Source: Nymphaea colorata (taxonomy: Eukaryota). From it: 64,000 bases of DNA. The notes beneath the pieces are model-generated. The model was not told the origin of the DNA. It saw nothing but the letters and a program-made list of their open reading frames with translations, and ran no database searches. The stretch is from the NCBI RefSeq assembly GCF_008831285.2, contig NC_045138.2, positions 6,386,001 through 6,450,000 of the forward strand. The letters run 5' to 3'. Of the stretch, positions 15,006-26,862 are shown one piece after another (the stretch's first letter is position 1; the number at the start of each line of letters is the position of its first letter). The translations under genes and the position numbers were made by a program.

Positions 15006-15083
15006 AACTTTGTGGCATGAAACCATGGTTCACTTGGGAAGTTTCATTCAGAGAACACGTATTTTTTTCTTCGATGAAGTTGC

Positions 15084-18000
15084 AATAAGCCTTGATTTCG
15101 ATATGCTTTCTGAGATGGTTGGTCGTTCAGGAAAATCTACTATTAATTAGAACAAAGTGTTTTGAACTTGGTGTTGACTTTTCTTTTATGGAAATTATTA
15201 TGATGTCCTATCCCTGGGGATTGGGACTAGAAGGCAGCTAGTTCTATTTGGAACTCATGGGGCACTGATGTACAAGTTGAAGCACAATAGGGCCTGCAGT
15301 AAAATCAGGTCTGGTACCCTGGGTAGATGATGCTTTCAGCTATCTTGTTGGGTGGCAGGATAAAAACCTCCTCCAATTCTTTGAACAAATCACAGTGACA
15401 TTTTATTATGCCAGAGGCAGTTGCTCTTTTCAGTTTCCTTAAACATATCCTTAATAAGGTGATGCAAACTCCTCTGTTGACCATCACCGTGCCTTCTTAA
15501 TTAATAGGTTCACCACTCTGCGTAACATGCAAAACCGAAGGCCTTATGCATAAGACAAATCATGGAGCAAACTTTATGAAAGAAGGCTTCAGGCATCAGC
15601 TTCTTGTGCTGTAGAAAGAGAGACAATGATATATAAGTTGAAGCGTAGTGAGACTGTTCGCTAAAATCAGGTCTAGTACCCTAGAAAGATGATGCCTTCA
15701 ACTATCTTGTTTGGTGGCAGGATAAAATACTCCTCTTACTCATTGAACATATCACTGTGATGTCTTATTATGCCCGAGGCAGTTGCTCTCATACCATGTG
15801 CACCACATCATTTTCAGCTTCCTGAAACACAAACTTAATAAGTGATGCAAACTCCTTTGTTGACCCTCCCCACACCTTCTTAATTAATAGGTTCACCACT
15901 CCAAGTAACATGCAAGACAAAAGGCCTTATGTACAAGACAAATCATGGAGCAAACTTTATGAAAGAATGTGTCAGGACTGCAGAACATTCTAAATGGGAT
16001 GCTGATGACCTTATAGATTTCTTTTATAGTAAAGCATGGTGTAATGTGCATGAATGTTATATGATTGGTGCCCCCTCCCAAGGTCAAGGAGGAAAAATGT
16101 GTGGAGTGGTTAGAGGGAAACCAGTGAAGGCTCAACTAGTTTGATAAAATTGGAGAAGTGGAAAGTGGGGTTTTATGATATATAATATTATATGTTATGT
16201 TCCATGGCATAGTATATGTCATATAGTTGAATTATAGATAAATATATGTAATGTTTCTTTCAAATAAATTCATGTAAGTGATTCATATAAAATCATGTTG
16301 TAAGCATGATATATACTCAGATCTAATAGCATGAAAGTACTTAGGCAAAATCGCAAAATATGTATGAACATATATATATATATATATCATGCAAAAGGCA
16401 TGAACCATATGTCAAATAAAATAAAATTATTTAAGAAAACAAGTGCAAAAGTAACTTCATCATCTGGCACACATTCACAAGCCTAAGATTCATAGAACTT
16501 GAGATCACCCTCAACAAGGTCAGTAGGATACTAGGATTTGTCCTCCAAGAATAGAATTTAAAGAAAAAAATATCTATATGCAGGAAAGGCATTGAAAATT
16601 AACATTTTAGGAAACAATACATGTATAAGTAAGAAAGCTCATGCCTCAACGTTGGGATTAACAAAGATGGCACTTTTAGATTCTAATCTTATTATTGACA
16701 TCGGATGTTGCCTAATATTTAGCACAACCAACTGTACATTCCAAAGTTCGATTATTCATATCTATATTTTCCAAACTTATGCTTTTGCTTCGTTTGAGAG
16801 AATAATGTTGGTGGGAAGACCTCATATCCACCGTTGTTTGAATGCTTGGATGTCATAATCTCATAAAATGGAAAATATAGTGATAGTTTTCTGTCTGCAT
16901 TATTCCAACCTTTCATGCAACAAGAAAGTAAAACCACATTGTTCTAAGGACAACATTGGGAATTTTTTATTCTTTTACACCAACTCTCCACCGTATATTG
17001 TTTCCTCATGAGATCCCAAATGTCCCTACCGTGACCTATTTTACAAGTTTGCCATGATGACGTAGTTTGTTAGGAGTTCCCCTAATAGTAGGGATAGTTT
17101 TCCCTATCCCCTTCAAAAGACTCCAAACTGAGTTTTGGCATATAAGGTCAAAATGCAGCATTTGATTAACTGAGAAATGAGAGTTGGAATGAGAAATGCT
17201 ATATTCTTCAATTAGAGCACAATTTTTAAGGAGACAAGTTAGCCATTTATGATTCCAAAACTTTGTCGAGCCTTCTTCAATCCTCCATTTAATGCTATTG
17301 GCAATTCCTTTCGAGCTATTGGAGAGACCTTTAAAGAACCAGAGCCAAGAGGAGTTCTTGAATATCTCATGAGGCCAGAAAGTGTCATTTCAGACGTAAT
17401 TCTCATGACAGCACCTGTTCTCACCTAGCCAATGAGAGATCGGCTTAAACAGCAATAGGATCCGAGAGAAAATCAGTGGCTCAGCCACTCTCGGATATAA
17501 CAGCAAGGAGGTGGAGTGGAGGCTAAAGCTGTTTGTTGTGTTGGTGTTGAAACTCGTTGTTTGAGCATGTATTTAAGGCTGTTCTGATCTGTCTTCACGA
17601 TGAATATTCAGCCTATGAGGTAAGGCCTCCATTTCTCAACTGACAACACTATGGCAAGAAGTTCTTCCTCATATGTCGATAACGGTTTGGCTCGATTTGT
17701 GAGAGCCTTTGAAATATATGCTATAGGGTGATTTTCTTGGCTGAGGAAAACTCCTATGCCAATGTCACAAGCATCTGTTTCAATAGTGAAAGGCTTGCTA
17801 AAATCGGGCAAGGTGAGAACAGGTGCTGTCATGAGTGCTGATTTCAATTTCTCAAATGCTTCTCTTGCTTTGTCTGACCAAGCGAATGATCCTTTCTTAG
17901 TCATTTGGGTTAATGGGGCAGCTATGAGCCCCATTAACCCAAATGACTAATGGAGCCTTCGTTGTGTTGGTGTTGAAACTCGTTGTTTGAGCATGTATTT

Positions 18001-18756
18001 AAGGCTGTTCTGATCTGTCTTCATGATGAATCTTCAGCCTATGAGGTAAGGCCTCCATTTCTCAACTGACAACACTATGGCAAGAAGTTCTTTCTCATAT
18101 GTCGATAACGGTTTGGCTCGATTGGTGAGAGACTTTGACATATAGGGTGATTTTCTTGGTTGAGGACAACTCATATGCCAATGTCACAAGCATCTGTTTC
18201 AATAGTGAAAGGCTTGCTAAAATCGGGCAAGGTGAGAACAGGTGCTGTCATGAGTGCCGATTTCAATTTTTCAAATGCTTCTCTTGCTTTGTCTGACCAA
18301 GCAAATGCTTCTTTCTTAGTCATTTGGGTTAGTGGGGCAGCTATGAGCCCGTAGCCTTCAATGAATCTTCTATAATAGCCGGTTAACCAAAGAAATCCAC
18401 GGAGGCTTTTCAAGTCTTTAGGCAATGTTCATTGCCTCTAATTTTTCAGGGTCTGCTTTTACCCCTTCTTTGGATACTATGTGCCCAAGATATCCGATTG
18501 AGGGTTGGCCAAAGCTGCATTTTGACCTCTTAGCATAAAGACGATGTTCCCTCAAAATTTGTAAGGCCATGGTCAAGTGGGCAGCATGTTGCTCTACTGA
18601 CTGGCTATATACGAGAATGCGATCAAAGAATACCAAGATGAAGTTTCTAAGATACCTCCTAAAAACATCATTCATGCACCTCTGGAATGTGGCGGGTGCA
18701 TTGGTTAAGCCAAAAGGCATCACCAAGAACTCATAGTGTCCATCATGAGTTCTAAA
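15084..18756. repeat. Near-identical second copy of 1-7122 with a 3.44-kb internal deletion
   Basis: 15084-17403 matches 1-2340 (offset 15083, then 15063 after a 20-bp deletion). 17423-18756 matches 5781-7122. Confidence 0.97.
17532..18756 (-). pseudogene. Duplicated Ty3/gypsy RT-RNase H fragment
   Basis: ORFs 17608..17934, 18171..18425 and 18418..18807 are nearly identical to those at 5966-7152. An extra small frameshifting deletion lies near 18425. Confidence 0.95.
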
Positions 18757-19099
18757 CTGTGGTTGCAAACTATCAAAAAAAAAATTGAAAGTAAAATGTG
18801 GTTGCAAACTATCAAAAATAATTTCAATATTGAGTTATTACTTGAGTTTTGGTCTTAGTGAAGTCAATAAATGAAAATTAAAATTTAGATCTTAAGAAAG
18901 AGATATTTGAAACAATGAAAAAAAGGAAAAAAAGGAAAACATTTTAAGTCAAGAGGAATAACAAGAAAGAAAGAGATTTTGAAAAGAAAAAAAGAAAAAT
19001 TTTAAAGAGAGAGAGAAGAGGATGTACATGTGTGTGTGTGTAAAGTTGTATATATATGCGTATATGAAAGTTTATAAAAGGAAGATCTTAAATTTAAGA

Positions 19100-19144
<45 letters not shown>

Positions 19145-22100
19145 TTTGTAAAAAGAAGGTGTTAACTCAAAGAGAGAGACATATAGATTCTAGAAAGAGA
19201 AAGTGGGATACACACACAGACATATATATATGATCTATAAAAGAATATGTTAAATCAAAGAGAGAGAAAAGAGAAAGAGAGATATTTATGTACATGTATA
19301 TATATATATAACATGTATATACACATATACACAAATGAAAACTAAAATTAAGAAATATCTTGGAGTATTTTCGACTTCGATTTTTCTATTTTCGCGGAGA
19401 GGAACTTGAGCACATGTAAGAGTTTAGGCTAACTCTCCAAAACCTCATTAAAGAGCGTTCTTATTTTGAATTTCATTTAAAAACATGATTCCAAATATTT
19501 TCATATAAGCATAAAACAATAATCATTTCATCTACTAAAAGAAAATTTATTTCTCCCACCATTAGGTATGGAAGAAAATCAAGCACACACGAAATGAAAA
19601 GTTAATAACATAAGAAAACACTCATTGGGGTCCCTAATCGGGTGATTAAAAGAAATGCTAAACGTAAGGATGCCATGAAGACACATTTGTAAGGGGTTTT
19701 TTGGATTGGACAAATTCCAATATAAAAAATCAACATAATAACAAAGAAATCTCAATCCAAGCACTCATTGTTATCATTCGTTCGCATATTAATTAAGGAA
19801 TCAATAAACTTTGTATGAACCTTTAAAAGCAAAGTATACATTTAAGAGAAGAGAGAAGCATATTTCAATCCTAGATGAAATTTCGTTTCACCTTGCTCAT
19901 GTTTTCGGTTCACTCAAGAATAGCTCTTGACTCTAGAGAGGAGATTTGAGAGTTATCTAACATGGCCATGGGAAGATGAAAAAGGAAAAAAAAAAAAAAA
20001 AGGAAAAGGATTGGGATATTGACTACAGCTAATGAGAATGATTTTAGAAAATTAGTCTCTTTATCCGGATAATCCTAAAGCTTCCTCGAATGAAGCTGCA
20101 AGGTGTTGAAAATGTCTCTCCGAGAGGCCTCCTCATGCTTCCTTGTAGAGTGGAAGTTGGTGAAGCTTTCTCCCAAAGTTGGAGAAGAAGAAGATAAAAG
20201 GAGAGAAATAGAGAGAGAGTTAGGGGAAAGACTCTAAGTCTTCAAATGAGAAAGTATTATAGGTTTTCCAAGAGTTAGCTCACGCATAAGAGAGAAGATT
20301 TTGAAGACATTGATAGAGAGTTTTGGAGTCAAAACTCAAAATTTGAATTTAACAATATTTTCATGCGAATTTCAAGTATTTTTGAATTTATTTTAAATTT
20401 TATTTTTAATAGGTTTTGACCAAATGAGATTGGCTCTCAGACCTGCAAACACCCCTTTGGGAGTGTGGGCAGGGCTAGTGCTCACTTAGCAGACCAAAAC
20501 AGCCCTCAAGGGGTGTTTTTTAGCCAAAAAAGGGCCTGCGTGGTCGTAATTAGGTGCACGTGTGCCGTGGCCAGCAACTGCATCTGGCGTGACAGTGCCA
20601 GGTCGCTGTCGCGGTCGCATTACTCGTGGCAGTGCGTGGCGCGGCTGTGCGCCTTGGTCAGAGCGTATGGCCTAGCCATGTCGGCCAGGACGTTTGGAGT
20701 GTGCAGCCCACTTATTGGTTTGCTTTGGACCAATAAGGGGTGGCTTTTGCCCCAGGCTTCCAAGGTGGTCCCACACATAAAACAACATAAAAATGATTTT
20801 TAAAACACACATTTTAAAGGGAAAAGTGATCTTTTGTTACAGACAGCACCAACTACATTTTGTGTGGTTTCGAGCTCATTTTTAGATCTAGATCGGGTTC
20901 GCTTGGTCGCCAATGTGTTCTAGTTGATGCACGAGGATTCGACCAAGGTTTAGGCTCAAAACATATTTTTAAAGTTTTTTTTTTTGGCACGAGATTGAGA
21001 CGCAAAACGAAAGCATGGTATGTGCATGCGCACATGTCGCTCAGTAGTATCAAAATTTGTTATTTTGGCCTCGACTTTGGATTTTGAGTTGGAATTCTTG
21101 ATTTGAATCCAAACTTCGGTTTTGGATCTAATTTGGATATAAGAGCGGCTTTATGAGTCCGTTTTCCTAGTTTAGACTTAAGTCATTTGTTGGCTCAATT
21201 ACAGACTTTGGCTTCGTATTTCGTATCAAGGTATGTATTTTAGATCTAGGACTTGGATTTGGATCCAAATATTCATCTAAAGTTGAATTTTGGAATTAAA
21301 TCTTACATTTGGATTCAAATATGGGTCTAGAGATTTGGATCGAGTATCGAGAATTGGACTTGGATATGGCTATAGAAGTTTGTCTTGGATCTAGGATCGA
21401 AATTTGAACTTGGATACAAATTTAGAAGTCTGTTTTGGGTTGAGCTTGGACTCAGGGTCCAAAATTAAACCCAAATCACTGTAAAGATGGTTGAAATAAC
21501 CGAGAATCTTGTTTGAATGAAATACAGTCTTCTGAAAAAAATTTGGGGTGATAATAGATGTAGTACTAAAACAGCTGTAATTAAATAAACTTTGGGATCT
21601 CCAGGTATAGATAAAAGAAAAAAACATATCTTGATGTATTCTGGAACGTGGATGTCACTTTTTAGTGTTATTATTGACATTGTATGTTGCTTAACATTTA
21701 GTACTACCAATTGTACATTCAAGAGTTCAGAGTCTTTGGATCTAACTTTCCTACCTATGCTTGTACTTTATTTGAGACAATAAAGTAGGAAAAAAGACCT
21801 CTCATATGCATCATTGTTCAAAAGCTTTCATGCTGTAGATGCATATATAAAATGGGAGATATAGTGCCAACACTAGGGCAACAAATGATTTAAATTTGAG
21901 AGTTATAGTTGAAAAAGCTCATGTGTCAATGCATTCAATAACAAGGACAAGAATTTTATGTTTTAATATTGCAATCATTGAATCCCACCTAAATGTAGCA
22001 TTAACAATTGTATTTTCCAAAGTCATGAGATCCTTTATATTCAAGTTTTTTCCTAATTTAAACTTGTTATTTACTTGAGAGAGTATAGTTGGTGGAAAGA

Positions 22101-22773
22101 CACCTCATATCCACAATTGTCTAAAACTTACATATAAAGTAGGAGATATGGTGCAAAAGCTACTCACAATTGATTCAAATTTACGAGTCATATGTACAAG
22201 TAAAAATGCTCGTCTCCTAATGTATTCAATAACAAGGATGGGAATTTTAGATTTAATGTTAATGTTGTCACTGGATGCTGCCTAAATTTAATGCTAGCAT
22301 TTATACTTTTGAATGTGTGAGTCTCAGTATTTAAATTTCTAATTTAAGCTTATGTGTTATTTGGGAGAGTATAGTTGATGGAATTAAAGACCCCTCATGG
22401 CTTCAAGGCCTCATCGGCTTTGCCTTGCATGCCTTCATGGCTTCACAGCATGGTCAGGTCTTTGTATTTCAAAACAAGGCAGGATTGAAATCTAGGCAGA
22501 ACATAAGAGATGACAAGAGCCACAAGTTGGCTTTCCGAGAGCAAGCAGTTATATGTGGTGGGCTTCATTGTAACAAAATTCTGAAAGCTTGTCTGAGCTG
22601 GCACAAAGGACAGCAATGCTAAGCTAATTTCCTACTTTGTTTCCCTGCTCATCACCTTCTTGGTTTACCTTGCTTATGTCTATGCTTGTTTCCCTTTCTA
22701 GTTCATCAGTCTCCCTGACACACTCGTACGAACTTGACTTGCTGCTTGTACCAATACAACTCTTCTTTACAAT

Positions 22774-23080
22774 TAGGGTTGTACATGAACTGAGTCAAGC
22801 TCGAGCTTGGTCAGCTCGACACTAGTCAGCACATACTTAATTTGCTTGCCTGGACCTTGAGCAGTGAGTCAAGTTGTATAAGGTCAGGTGGAGCTGGACT
22901 TGATAGAGTGGGTCCCAGCTAGAGCTGGGCTTGTTTAAGCTCGTTTACCAACTGACAACTGTCATTTGACTTGATCTGTTTCCTTTGTTTTACGAGTTTA
23001 TGTAGTTTGAATTTGACTCATTTAGAAGCTGAGTTTACTGAGTGAGTTCAAGTCAAGCTCGAGTTGGCTCGACTCATTAT
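22774..23080. mobile_element. Probable non-autonomous hAT-like element remnant
   Basis: Starts TAGGGTTGTAC and is rich in GCTCG/CGAGC-type subterminal motifs. Related starts at 37233 and ~55357. No second terminus or TSD found. Confidence 0.45.
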
Positions 23081-24633
23081 ATATCACGACTCAATGCCAA
23101 TGATACGTGTGGGAACATGGTGAAATCAACCGAATATCTGAATGATATTCAGCTCCTCGACAATGGAAACAGAGTTTCTCTGGTTGAGAATGTCTACTGG
23201 AGAATGTCACCCATCAATTCAGTTAGGAGATTTCTTTACAAGCTAGAAGGTAGTTCCTATTCCAATTCATTATAAAACATAGAGAAAAATACTCATTTTC
23301 CTTAATTTACATAACCTTACTTCCATTGAGTATTGTTTCAAGACATGGAACCAATGCCCTTTACAAAAACTATTTATCCTCGTTGGCACAAAGGCAGTAA
23401 CAAAAGAAAGCCTAAATTTTAGGGCGCTGATTATGTAACAAATTAATTTATGTGGGGGAACCACTATGCAAATAAAATAAATTGTGTGGTTCTAGATGGG
23501 CACACCACACCCAGCTCTACCATTAAGCTAACTGATAATAAGTTGGTGCACATCATAATATATTACACTTAACTTATGGATTTATAGAAGAACGTAAGAC
23601 TTAGTTGTTAAAGTATATATACTCAACAGGAAGGTTATTCGGATTATCTCACATTTTCTTCAGTAGCCAAATTAATTAAATATTGGGAAATATTTTCTCT
23701 CTATTGAAGGAACTAAGAGTTGGTGACTTCAAATGGATATTCACAATGTCTTTCTTCATAACGTATCTTCAGTGAGGTAGAGATTGATATGCAAATTGAA
23801 TATACTGTTGTACGGACTTAAATAATGTCCTTGGAATTGTTGGGTGAGCAACAAGAATATAATATCATACAGCGGCAAACAAGAGAAACGAAACCCCCAC
23901 CCTTCACCCATCCCCCAGGTACCAGGTCTGCTTGAGTGCTTTCGGTGGTGAATTAATACACAATTTAGTGATGCTTAGAAGGTAATATTAAGAACAGTAT
24001 GATTACCTAGTTAAGAAGTGTTCACCTCAAGTATTTATTCAACAACATAAGAGTGACCCTTATTAATATTTCCCTTCTTAAGTTATAAACAAAAAGTAAC
24101 CCCAGAAAAACAGAAAATTTGTTCTAATGATTTTCATATATAATTAAAGTAATAGCCATATTTATTCAAATATGTGTGGTATAGATTCTCTGTCACTAAA
24201 TAAGAAAGAGAGTTGATCATGATATAGATTCTCTTATCCAAATCCGATTCGATAGCATTTATGTTCTACAGCACCTCATGAATTTGAAAATCTCATATTC
24301 TCGAGTTGTTCCAGTCCAACTTGGTTATAAATATGTAATTCATATTGTTAATTCGATGAGAATCAATCTACAAATTCTGAAATATGAGATCTATATAAAG
24401 CTAAAAAATATTAAATAAGACGTTTTCTCAATGCAAAAAGGAAAATTAAGTATTTCAAGTGTAGATTTTAAATCGAATCTAAAATAGATTCTTTCAAGAA
24501 CTATGGATTTTACCGGGATCTTTTGCTATAGCCTATTGTTTACTTGGCGAGGCTAGTTTTATGCCTTGAACAACTTTTGTAGGGCAGTAGATCATACCAT
24601 AAAAAGCGGGCAGGTAAATAGGAAAATGAATAC

Positions 24634-25037
24634 CTGCTCTGCTGCCATGGTGTAAACCGGTGATGTTTTTCCCGCTGCATGATAGAATAACTGCTTTGCT
24701 GCCTCCTTTTCCAGCTTTGGCAATGGATAAATTTCATCCACTATATTCTTTTTCATCTTTTCTCTAGAGATGACGATGGTTTTTAGACGCTCTGTCCTAA
24801 ACAAGAGATTCTTCAGATCCTTCTCAGACCAAACATCATCTAAGACAATCAAACGATTCCCAGAGCACTTAATTTGCTGCTCACTCAGCCCATGCGCTAT
24901 CTGCCTCACAGCATCTTTTACGTCTTCAAACCTGGGCACCTCTCCACCAAGCAACTGAGACCATATTCTTTTGAGAATGTCCAGTGTATCTGGCGATCTC
25001 GAAACCGTGAAATAGAAGATATTCTTACCGAACGAGC
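24634..25037 (-). pseudogene. Isolated NB-ARC exon of an RPW8-type helper NLR (NRG1/ADR1-like)
   Basis: NIFYFTVSRSP (RNBS-A), VPRFED..DAVRQ, LIVLDDVW (kinase-2), KTIVISR (RNBS-B) and YPLPKL..EAAKQLFYHAA (RNBS-C). Stop-free and bounded by CAG| and |GTATTC. No P-loop, RPW8 or LRR exons nearby. Confidence 0.88.
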
Positions 25038-25051
25038 CTGACAACAGCCGA

Positions 25052-26619
25052 CCCAGATTTTCAGGCAGACCCCTAAACGTGTGACTAAAATAAAAAAAAG
25101 CTGTTCACTTCCATTTTAAAAAGAGTGACCATGTAGGAAAAGAATAACCTTCATAGAATCAAACAACAAGACAGTAAATGTCATTTTTTGTGAATAATTA
25201 GGAAAACTTATTTTACATCAAAAAATAGAAATAAAAATGTTCTATTTTTATCAAACGAAGCTTATAATTAATCATATTTAAATTTGATAAAATAACTTAA
25301 AGTTCAAAGATAAAAAAGTAGTTGCACTTTAGATTTAGTTATCTAATTTATCTCCTGGAGGTAACATATGACATTAGCAAGGACACAATTCTGAGTATTG
25401 CAAATGGGCCAAATCTGGGTCACGAGCTATTTGAGACCACCATACATAAACCAACATAATCAGATCTAGATCTGGTATGGAAACTATCTGAGGATTCAGA
25501 TCTAATACCTCTTTAGCACGAACACGCAACCCATTTGGCTGGTCAATGGTCACCCTCATAAAGTCTCAAAAGTAGGGATATAAACGGGCCAGGCATATCA
25601 GATTATCAAACAAATACCGAATCCATGGACGTGGTAAAAAAAAATTAGATCCATTCAAATTTAAATTCAAATACGGTTTGCTGTTTCACCACTAAACATA
25701 AATTAGAATAACGTACCCACCAGTATCCGATAAAGATCCTATCTACATAATGAAGCTGGATCTTACATTAGTCGGATCCGAATTAGGTTTTCCAAAAAAT
25801 CAGCTCAGGATTCAAATTTGAATTATTCAAATATGCGTAGTTAAGTTAGTTAAAAATTAAACCCAACACGAAACCAAAACTATATTGCAACCTAAAAGTC
25901 AAGACACAAGACAACTGGTGTAGAATTTTTCTGTTTTAAATTATTTCTCTTTGTTTAATTAGAAGTAACATAGTCTTTTTAAGTATGTCTTGACATTTTT
26001 TATTTACAATTTTTTCCGTAAACTTATGTGCAAATTTTCAAATATTAGTCAGTCTTTTGTGACAGATCAAAGTTGAGCAGTTTGCTGTAAAGGCCTCACA
26101 CATAAATGAATGAATTAGATCAATAATAAACAAATAAATGGATCACTTGATTTACTAGGCAAAGGTCTAAGCATAATGTTCTTGTTGTCTACCTACCTGT
26201 AAACTTCATCATGAAAGTTCCACAGTCAAAAAATTCCAGAGCATGTTATAAAAACTTTACAGCATCAACTGAATAAATTTTTTGATATATATTTTTCCAT
26301 AGATGCTGCTATATTTTTTGAAGTAAGAAGACATAACTTTAGTCTCTAAGCAGTGGCACATTCAAGAGGATGGCATAACTTTATCAGCTGCAATTCCTAC
26401 ATGTTAATGTGAGAGGAAAGACTCAAAGACCAGAGCAAGTTAAAACGAAATGACCCACAACATTGGCATGCTCGTCCAAAACCTTTTTGAAAACTTTTTA
26501 ACCTATTTGTAAAGCATTGTAAATGGGCCAATCGTATTAGCTTCAATAATGACACATTCCATCTACTTCATGGGAGAGAGAAAGGCATCTCCTCTGCTTT
26601 CCATTCTCTTTCTTCTTTC

Positions 26620-26657
<38 letters not shown>

Positions 26658-26799
26658 GTCCAAAACCTTTTTGAAAACTTTTTAACCTATTTGTAAAGCA
26701 TTGTAAATGGGCCAATCGTATTAGCTTAATGACACATTCCATCAACTTCGTGGGAGAGAGAAAGGCATCTCCTCTGCTTTCCATTGTCTTTCTTCTTTC

Positions 26800-26862
<63 letters not shown>

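Noticed and set aside
20835..20862. Possible Tat/Ogre-type PBS (minus strand TGGTGCTGTCTGT)
   Set aside because: No adjacent LTR terminus could be identified.
21060..21480. Degenerate TTGGATT/GGATCT-rich tract as interstitial telomere or satellite
   Set aside because: No TTTAGGG-type array or fixed period; more like TE subterminal low-complexity sequence.
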